A stretch of DNA of 36,734 bases. Origin: a virus. Shown here piece by piece: positions 25,727 through 31,466 of this stretch (position 1 is the stretch's first letter; each line of letters opens with the position of its first letter). The translations under genes and the position numbers were made by a program. The notes beneath the pieces were generated by a model that saw nothing but the letters and a program-made list of their open reading frames with translations, had not been told where the DNA came from and did not search any database. The stretch is taken from positions 1 through 36,734 of IMG/VR virus record IMGVR_UViG_3300020045_005387; one strand, 5' to 3'.

Positions 25727-25855
25727 TAACGATGGGTGATATAAGAGGATTTTCGGAATAATAAATCCCTATGCTACCCTCATGAATGTTGCTACCAAGT
25801 ACAAACAAATTTTTAAATTAATCACAATGCCGAAAATCGCTTATATCATGTGTTA
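25727..25855 (+). repeat. attC-like structured element G (129 nt)
   Basis: TAACG 25727, then arm 25737-25756 pairing with 25830-25848 (9 bp, a small internal loop, then 8 bp), and TGTTA 25851-25855. Confidence 0.75.
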
Positions 25856-25883
25856 GGGAATCGGCTTTATAACACCAAAAAAG

Positions 25884-26120
25884 ATGGACGAACAAATTAA
25901 ACAACAGTTAAGACAGAAAAAAATTAGGGAAATGAAAAACCCGGCTATCTTAATGAATGATATTGATTTTGAAAACTTTAAAAAAGAAGTTGAATCAAAA
26001 GTAGTTAATTTTAAAGTGGGCGAAAATCCAACTTATGAAGGTATTCCGATAAAAGTAAATGAATTTATAGAAAAGGGAAATATTATTGTTTACGACGATG
26101 TTGCGCAAGCTGTTCCCTAA
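25884..26120 (+). CDS. Hypothetical protein (78 aa)
   Basis: ORF track. Its stop codon is embedded in the half-site TTCCCTAAC. Confidence 0.6.
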   Translation: MDEQIKQQLRQKKIREMKNPAILMNDIDFENFKKEVESKVVNFKVGENPTYEGIPIKVNEFIEKGNIIVYDDVAQAVP

Positions 26121-26121
26121 C
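26113..26121 (+). repeat. Orphan 5' half-site H (TTCCCTAAC) overlapping the stop codon. It marks the array boundary.
   Basis: Perfect reverse complement of GTTAGGGAA at 25852-25860. I could find no stem or 3' TGTTA partner downstream. Confidence 0.5.
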
Positions 26122-26123
26122 TA

Positions 26124-26714
26124 ATGGCTAAGACTCATAAATGTATTACAATTATGAAAAAATACACTAAAACAAAGGTTATTCGCCTTTCAGAAACACA
26201 ACATAAAACTTTACAAAAAATGAAAGAATATAATATAGATGTTGGTCAATTCATAAGAAATGCAATAGCCGAAAAGATAAAAAGAGAACATTCAGAACTT
26301 ATACCAAAAGTTAAAAAAGCAATTTGTCCTTTTTTATTATTACTATTTATAAGCTGCGGACATCGCACAACAGAACTAAGAAAAGTGTCTATTCGTTCAG
26401 ATTCTTTATACATCGAAAACGAGCGTAAATTATCATCAAATTTACTTTTGAATGATATAGGTTCAATAATCCCTTTTGATAGCTCTAAGCCTATGCAAAT
26501 AAACGGTAATTGGTATTACAACGCTTCAATTAGTTATGACAGGTCACGCTTTGAAAACTTTGAGATAATCGATAAAGTTAAAAAAGTAGAAATAAAAAAA
26601 GAGGAACAAATTAAAGAAAAAACAACAGAGAAAACGGATAATACAATACTGTATTTAGGATTATTCTTTATAGTGTGTTTATTTGTGTTTTTATGGTTTA
26701 AATTAAAACGTTAA
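26124..26714 (+). CDS. Ribbon-helix-helix-like N-terminal domain fused to a membrane-spanning protein
   Basis: KVIRLSETQHKTLQKMKEYNIDVGQFIRNAIAEKIKRE (RHH pattern), an internal segment AICPFLLLLFISCG, and the C-terminal TM segment ILYLGLFFIVCLFVFLWF. Confidence 0.5.
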   Translation: MAKTHKCITIMKKYTKTKVIRLSETQHKTLQKMKEYNIDVGQFIRNAIAEKIKREHSELIPKVKKAICPFLLLLFISCGHRTTELRKVSIRSDSLYIENERKLSSNLLLNDIGSIIPFDSSKPMQINGNWYYNASISYDRSRFENFEIIDKVKKVEIKKEEQIKEKTTEKTDNTILYLGLFFIVCLFVFLWFKLKR

Positions 26715-26770
26715 ATTTATGTTAAAATGAAATTTATTTATTGCGTAATTGGATTTATAATGTATCTTTA
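26710..26770 (+). promoter_or_regulatory. Promoter module P4: tandem GTTAAA repeats plus a weaker -7 box TATCTTTA
   Basis: GTTAAA at 26710 and GTTAAAA at 26721. The box at 26763 is again exactly 42 bp downstream. Confidence 0.5.
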
Positions 26771-26879
26771 CACTATAGAAATAAATAAACATCATGAAAC
26801 TAAAAACACAAATCATAATAGGCTGTTTAATCGCAGCCTATTTACCAATCAGAATATTAATCTCAATATTATTTTAATC

Positions 26880-27077
26880 ATGGACGAGAAATTTGAAATT
26901 AATTACCACGGTTTAGAATTGACGGTAATAGGTAACTTTGAAGAACCAGACGACACAGTAGGCTATAAAGGTGGGTTTTCTTGTGAGTCTATAGAACTTA
27001 ACGACATCGATATCAAATGGATGCTTAAAGACTCAACAATTGAAGATATTAACGATATATGCGTACAGTTATGTTAG
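26880..27077 (+). CDS. Hypothetical acidic protein (65 aa)
   Basis: MDEKFEINYHGLELTVIGNFEEPDD... The upstream 51 codons of the track ORF overlap promoter module P4 and are probably not translated. Confidence 0.5.
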   Translation: MDEKFEINYHGLELTVIGNFEEPDDTVGYKGGFSCESIELNDIDIKWMLKDSTIEDINDICVQLC

Positions 27078-27238
27078 TATCAAGATTTAACATAAATGCC
27101 TATACTAAAGTTATAGTGGTTGATATATACAGGGGAATTAATGAGATGTGTTTTTTTGGATATTCAGATAAAGAAATCGCACTAAACAATATCACTTATT
27201 GCACTATCGGAATGTGGAAAATTAAAAAAATAAAATAA
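27071..27238 (+). CDS. Small hypothetical protein (55 aa)
   Basis: My own translation gives MLVSRFNINAYTKVIVVDIYRGINEMCFFGYSDKEIALNNITYCTIGMWKIKKIK. It fills an otherwise empty gap and overlaps the upstream stop. Confidence 0.4.
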   Translation: MLVSRFNINAYTKVIVVDIYRGINEMCFFGYSDKEIALNNITYCTIGMWKIKKIK

Positions 27239-27241
27239 ATT

Positions 27242-27469
27242 ATGGAAGAAAAATTCAATAAAATAAAACAACACGATGTATTTTTCGCTGAATTATCGGT
27301 GCATACACGTAAAGCAGTTAGCACAATAGCTGGTAAATGGTTCAACAAAAGAAAAGGCTTTAAAGTGCCTGAAAAGCATTTAAAAATAACCGATATAATT
27401 ATGGATAAATGTTTGAAGTTCGAACAAGAGGAACAAAAAGTTTTTGAAAAATATTTTATACCGAAATAA
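27242..27469 (+). CDS. Hypothetical protein (75 aa)
   Basis: ORF track. Confidence 0.6.
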   Translation: MEEKFNKIKQHDVFFAELSVHTRKAVSTIAGKWFNKRKGFKVPEKHLKITDIIMDKCLKFEQEEQKVFEKYFIPK

Positions 27470-27759
27470 TGAAAACACTTCTAAGAATTATAAAGTATCT
27501 AAATCATTTCACCAATGAAAGATTTACTCCAGAAATGGAAGCGGAACAGATTTTAAAATTTATGCTTTTAAAATCGAATACAAAGCACTCAATCGATGTG
27601 TTTACAGAATTAGAAAAGCAATTCAAAAAAGAAATGAGCAACAGGAGAGAAACGGCATACGAAAATTTAAGATTAATAAATACAAAGTTTCCTGTGGCTC
27701 CTAGTATTTTAGAAATGATAGTAAAAGACCCAATATTTGAACAACCTTTAAAAAATTAG
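27469..27759 (+). CDS. Hypothetical protein (96 aa)
   Basis: ORF track, with a TAATG-type junction. Confidence 0.6.
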   Translation: MKTLLRIIKYLNHFTNERFTPEMEAEQILKFMLLKSNTKHSIDVFTELEKQFKKEMSNRRETAYENLRLINTKFPVAPSILEMIVKDPIFEQPLKN

Positions 27760-27762
27760 ATT

Positions 27763-28323
27763 ATGATTGACAATTTAGAATTATGGAAAAAGGTAGAAAA
27801 GACAAATCCAAAATACACAAAAAAAGCAAATGTAAAAGGCAACTTAATAACTGCCATATCTCCACAATATCAAATTAAAAATGTAACTGAACAGTTCGGT
27901 TCTTATGGAAAAACTTGGGGGTTTAAATCGCTTGATTTTGATTATACTTTAACAGAAAGTTTAGGCTTGGTTGTTTTACACGCTATTTTTTTCTATCCAG
28001 AGGGTGAGTTTCCTATTAAAAACGCTCAATCTATTTTTATGGATAACGCAAGGACTAAAATTGATGATAACTTTGCTAAAAAATTAGAAACTGATACTTT
28101 GACAAAAGCAATATCAAAACTTGGTTTTAATGCTGACATTTTCATGGGATTATTTGATGATGTTAAATATCTGGCTGAGGTTACAAAAGAATTTTCTGAA
28201 CCAAAACCACTTGCAACGGAAGAAGTTTTGATTAAAGCTAAATCAGTTAATGCGACTATTGAACAGATAAAATCAAAATATACATTAACCCATGAACAAG
28301 AAAAAAGCTATGGAATCCAATAG
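27763..28323 (+). CDS. Putative Rad52/Sak-like single-strand annealing protein
   Basis: The N-terminal pattern WKKVEKTNPKYTKKANVKGNLITAISPQYQIKNVTEQFGSYGKTWGF resembles Rad52-family phage annealases. Confidence 0.45.
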   Translation: MIDNLELWKKVEKTNPKYTKKANVKGNLITAISPQYQIKNVTEQFGSYGKTWGFKSLDFDYTLTESLGLVVLHAIFFYPEGEFPIKNAQSIFMDNARTKIDDNFAKKLETDTLTKAISKLGFNADIFMGLFDDVKYLAEVTKEFSEPKPLATEEVLIKAKSVNATIEQIKSKYTLTHEQEKSYGIQ

Positions 28324-28549
28324 AGAGGTCTTTTTAAGAATGACCGAGGAACATTATTTAAGTGTGCCTCACGAAATAAGAGAATGTTTTTTGTCATCAA
28401 AAAGAGTTGACGAAGATAAAACAGATTGGCAGGAAAATATGAAAGACAAAACTTATTCTGATTTGTATAAAACTTTAAAAGAAACAAAGAAACATTTATC
28501 AGAACGAGAATATCAATTAAGAGAAGAACGAAGAAAAATTAACAAATAA
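28292..28549 (+). CDS. Hypothetical protein (85 aa; ATG 28310 is an alternative start)
   Basis: ORF track. Confidence 0.5.
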   Translation: MNKKKAMESNREVFLRMTEEHYLSVPHEIRECFLSSKRVDEDKTDWQENMKDKTYSDLYKTLKETKKHLSEREYQLREERRKINK

Positions 28550-28560
28550 ATATTAAAACT

Positions 28561-28857
28561 ATGGCATCATTATCGACAATTTACATTAAAAAAGAAACGT
28601 TAAAAACACTTTTAGACGTTGTTACAAAAAAAGACGAAAAAGGAATTGAAATAACCATTTCAATAAATGACGAATCGAATCAATTCAGTCAAAATTTATC
28701 ATCTTATGTTTCGCAAAGTAAAGAACAAAGAGAAGCGAAAAAAGATAAGTTTTATGTAGGCAACGGAAAAGTTTTTTGGACTGATGGAAAAATCAGCGTA
28801 GCAACCAAAAAAGAAGATGTTACTGTAAATGAACCTGAATCAGATTTACCCTTTTAA
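28561..28857 (+). CDS. Small SSB-like protein with an acidic DLPF C-terminal tip
   Basis: Ends in EPESDLPF, resembling the SSB C-terminal tail (D-I-P-F). It lies in the recombination module. Confidence 0.4.
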   Translation: MASLSTIYIKKETLKTLLDVVTKKDEKGIEITISINDESNQFSQNLSSYVSQSKEQREAKKDKFYVGNGKVFWTDGKISVATKKEDVTVNEPESDLPF

Positions 28858-28868
28858 TAGAATAATTC

Positions 28869-28894
28869 ACCCCTTAATAAAATAAGGGGTTTTT
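28869..28894 (+). terminator. Rho-independent terminator
   Basis: acccctta-ataaaa-taaggggt followed by tttt. Confidence 0.75.
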
Positions 28895-28955
28895 GTTAAA
28901 CTTATGTTAAAATGAAATAAATTAATTGCATTTCTAAATATATGTTGTAGATTTG
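28895..28955 (+). promoter_or_regulatory. Promoter module P2: tandem GTTAAA repeats plus the -7 box TAGATTTG
   Basis: GTTAAA at 28895 and GTTAAAA at 28906. TAGATTTG at 28948 is 42 bp downstream. The module is near-identical to P1 through ...TTTGAACTCA. Confidence 0.65.
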
Positions 28956-28983
28956 AACTCATATAACAATAAAAAAAAACGTG

Positions 28984-29178
28984 ATGAAAAAAATATATGA
29001 ACTATGCTTTTATTTTTTTGGATTATTATTTATGACTTCTATTGTTATAAATATTGGAATTAGATTTTGGAACGAAACACTTACTGAAACACAATTGTTT
29101 TTAAAGTTTTGGTATTTAATTCCGATAACATTAATCTTCGGTTTTTTATTTTTATTCTTTGGTAAAAAGGATTTCTAA
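28984..29178 (+). CDS. Small membrane protein (two TM segments)
   Basis: LCFYFFGLLFMTSIVINIGI and YLIPITLIFGFLFLFFG. Confidence 0.55.
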   Translation: MKKIYELCFYFFGLLFMTSIVINIGIRFWNETLTETQLFLKFWYLIPITLIFGFLFLFFGKKDF

Positions 29179-29282
29179 ATAATTACAGATACAAACTAAA
29201 TTAAAATCATGAAAACATTAAATAAAATTTGGGATTACATATCCTTTGAACTTTTCGGTAATCAAAAAAACATTTTTAAAAT

Positions 29283-29732
29283 ATGAATTTCTGGGACAAT
29301 AAACTAAATCCTATTACTATGTTACCATCAGGGAATACGGTAATATATCCTAAAAAACAAAATGTTAAATCTAAAGTTGATGAAAACATCTACATGCACT
29401 TCAAAGATTGCAGAGAATATTTAGGAATTGGAGCGAAAAAGATAAAATTAGAGGCTGATAAATTAGGAGAAAAATCTATATATACGCCCTCAGGTGTGTA
29501 CTACAAAAAATCAACAATTGAAGAAATTAAAAAGATAATTTCTGTAGTCGATAAAAAAGATTTGTCAGGTTATATAAGCAATAAAGAATTAATGACTATG
29601 TTTAATTTTTGCGCTTATAAGGCTTGTATTATTGGACAAGATTCTGGACTTAAAAAATACAATTTCGGAGGTAGAACAGTCTACTACGAAAAAGATAAAG
29701 CAATCGAAATATTTAGTAAATTTAAAAAGTAG
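29283..29732 (+). CDS. Putative DNA-binding protein with two excisionase/MerR-like winged-helix repeats
   Basis: Two similar segments: YMHFKDCREYLGIGAKKIKLEADKLGEKSIYTPSGVYYKKSTIEEI and YISNKELMTMFNF...GLKKYNFGGRTVYYEKDKAIEIF. Confidence 0.4.
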   Translation: MNFWDNKLNPITMLPSGNTVIYPKKQNVKSKVDENIYMHFKDCREYLGIGAKKIKLEADKLGEKSIYTPSGVYYKKSTIEEIKKIISVVDKKDLSGYISNKELMTMFNFCAYKACIIGQDSGLKKYNFGGRTVYYEKDKAIEIFSKFKK

Positions 29733-29736
29733 AATT

Positions 29737-30180
29737 ATGAAATTAATTGATATGACAGATTTTGTGTTGGAGCAAAGCGAAAAAATAGCTATAGATATAA
29801 CATTTATGGTATATTCAGAAATTATTATTAAATACGCAAACTTATTAAAACAACCCCTTGAAATCTGGATGTTTGTTCCTTGTGATGAATATGGGAATAT
29901 ATTAGAAAAACCTAAAAGTATAAAAGATAGTTTTAATATAAAATCAGGACACGGAGGTTTTTTTGACCAAAAATCTTTTTTAAATTATATGTTAAAATAT
30001 CAACAAGCAAAAGAAAGATGTTTGTTTGAGGGATTTGAAATAAAAAAAGACTCTCATAAATCAGTTACTAATGGTGTTATAAGTTTTTATTTTGGAGAAC
30101 CAAGAAAAGATACTGTAGAAAATTTATGTAAACAAAATTTACAACTAACACAAACAGCAATTAAACAATTAGGATTATGA
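29737..30180 (+). CDS. Hypothetical protein (147 aa)
   Basis: ATG 29737 is preferred, because the track extension overlaps the previous gene. Confidence 0.55.
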   Translation: MKLIDMTDFVLEQSEKIAIDITFMVYSEIIIKYANLLKQPLEIWMFVPCDEYGNILEKPKSIKDSFNIKSGHGGFFDQKSFLNYMLKYQQAKERCLFEGFEIKKDSHKSVTNGVISFYFGEPRKDTVENLCKQNLQLTQTAIKQLGL

Positions 30181-30347
30181 AATACACAAAACTAACAAAG
30201 GATGAATTTTATAAATTCAATGAAGACGAAATATTCAGACAAATAAACAATAAGATAAATAAATTAAAAGCAAGGCTTGAAAAAAGAAAAAAGTATTTAT
30301 TTAATAAAATTAAAGATGAAACAGATAAAAAAACAATCGTTTATTGA
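30177..30347 (+). CDS. Small hypothetical protein (56 aa)
   Basis: My own translation gives MKYTKLTKDEFYKFNEDEIFRQINNKINKLKARLEKRKKYLFNKIKDETDKKTIVY. It starts at an ATGA junction. Confidence 0.4.
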   Translation: MKYTKLTKDEFYKFNEDEIFRQINNKINKLKARLEKRKKYLFNKIKDETDKKTIVY

Positions 30348-30489
30348 AGATATAGTAAGTGCTATATTTGGATTTATATTTATAGTTATATTTTTTCCTA
30401 AAATAATTACCGCATTATTTATATGCATATACTTTCCAGTACACGTATCAATATCAGCATTTATCAGACGAATATTTAACAAGATATGA
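30316..30489 (+). CDS. Small membrane protein (57 aa)
   Basis: MKQIKKQSFIEDIVSAIFGFIFIVIFFPKIITALFICIYFPV. Confidence 0.45.
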   Translation: MKQIKKQSFIEDIVSAIFGFIFIVIFFPKIITALFICIYFPVHVSISAFIRRIFNKI

Positions 30490-30797
30490 AAACACTTTAT
30501 CAAATTTCTAAAGAACACGGAATACCAAAAAGAACTTTATGGTCACGTGCAAAAAGATTAAATGATATACAAAGAATAAGAGGAACTATCTTCTTAAACA
30601 TACATCAGGAGCGTGAAGTTTTGAAAAGCCAGCGCAAGTATCATTTCACAGAAAAGAAACCAAATAAGCTGCTTATATTCGATTTTAAACAGCAGAACCC
30701 TATGTTATGTGATGAAGAAATTGCGCAAATATTGGGGTTAGAAAGTATTAAAGTTGATAATTATATAATTCTTGAATCTAAAATGAATAAATTATGA
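30486..30797 (+). CDS. Putative HTH DNA-binding protein (103 aa)
   Basis: LYQISKEHGIPKRTLWSRAKRL helix-turn-helix pattern. Confidence 0.45.
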   Translation: MKTLYQISKEHGIPKRTLWSRAKRLNDIQRIRGTIFLNIHQEREVLKSQRKYHFTEKKPNKLLIFDFKQQNPMLCDEEIAQILGLESIKVDNYIILESKMNKL

Positions 30798-31039
30798 TAC
30801 AAAAAAAACTATCAAAAATTTTCGTACTTGTTGATTTACTTATACAGGAGATTGATGACCCAGTAAAGACACCTACCAAACAAACTAAAGAAATACAAGA
30901 CAAAGCTATGGAACTACAGGCATTATTAGAGCCTGTTTTAACTAAGTTCTACGACAATAAAGAAGTTAAACAAAGTACTTTTTTTATTACAATGCAAAAT
31001 AAATTTAATTATATTTTTAATAAAGAGTTTAAATTATGA
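30794..31039 (+). CDS. Hypothetical protein (81 aa)
   Basis: ORF track. Confidence 0.55.
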   Translation: MIQKKLSKIFVLVDLLIQEIDDPVKTPTKQTKEIQDKAMELQALLEPVLTKFYDNKEVKQSTFFITMQNKFNYIFNKEFKL

Positions 31040-31215
31040 CACCAAAAGAGAAAGCAGATGAATTATATTATAAATTCACATCATTTGCTCCACTTCATAA
31101 TGATAATAAACAATGCGCATTAATATCTGTTAATGAAATTATTATTCAATTAATCGAAGGTAGTTCTTTATGGATTTATTGGATTGATGTTAAACACGAA
31201 ATAGAAAAATTATGA
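31036..31215 (+). CDS. Small hypothetical protein (59 aa)
   Basis: My own translation gives MTPKEKADELYYKFTSFAPLHNDNKQCALISVNEIIIQLIEGSSLWIYWIDVKHEIEKL. ATGA junctions at both ends. Confidence 0.45.
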   Translation: MTPKEKADELYYKFTSFAPLHNDNKQCALISVNEIIIQLIEGSSLWIYWIDVKHEIEKL

Positions 31216-31334
31216 AAAAGCAATCAAATTTAGTAAGAATAAAAAGAGTACTAACGTTTTACGCTAAACGAGGCGTTAACTCAGAACGTGTAAATAAAAT
31301 TCACAGGAAAATTTTAACAAATTTATTTAGTTAA
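31212..31334 (+). CDS. Small basic hypothetical protein (40 aa)
   Basis: My own translation gives MKKQSNLVRIKRVLTFYAKRGVNSERVNKIHRKILTNLFS. Confidence 0.3.
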   Translation: MKKQSNLVRIKRVLTFYAKRGVNSERVNKIHRKILTNLFS

Positions 31335-31342
31335 AATTGAAA

Positions 31343-31356
31343 TAAGTTTTGTACGT
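31343..31356 (+). promoter_or_regulatory. Promoter -7 box GTTTTGTACGTTTG upstream of the primase gene
   Basis: TACGTTTG matches TAnnTTTG. It shares the GTTTTGTAnnTTTG context with P1. Confidence 0.5.
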
Positions 31357-31466
31357 TTGCTTTATAGTAATCTACCACTTACGATAAGATATTTTAGTGT
31401 AAAAACTAAACCGACAAATCCGTTAATAGTGTGGTAGCTGTTAGCGGATTTTGTCATTATAAAAAT

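Noticed and set aside
22750-25855. A CRISPR array, as an explanation for regularly spaced repeats in the accessory region
   Set aside because: The repeats are not sequence-identical. Only 5-nt ends and short interior motifs are conserved. The spacers are complete ORFs of 200-620 bp, and the elements are about 84-129 nt long hairpins.
26794-26877. A 27-codon hydrophobic ORF (MKLKTQIIIGCLIAAYLPIRILISILF) as the first gene after promoter P4; also a 25-codon ORF at 29209-29286
   Set aside because: Both are too short to support from sequence alone. They may be leader peptides or chance ORFs.
31252-31277. TAACGTTTTACGC...CGTTAAC, resembling the 5' end of element A (TAACGTTTTGCGC), together with GCTGTTAGCGG at 31437-31447
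   Set aside because: No long-range arm pairing connects the two. The first lies inside a small ORF. The second sits in the loop of a separate hairpin (GACAAATCCG 31413-31422 and CGGATTTTGTC 31445-31455) upstream of the primase start.
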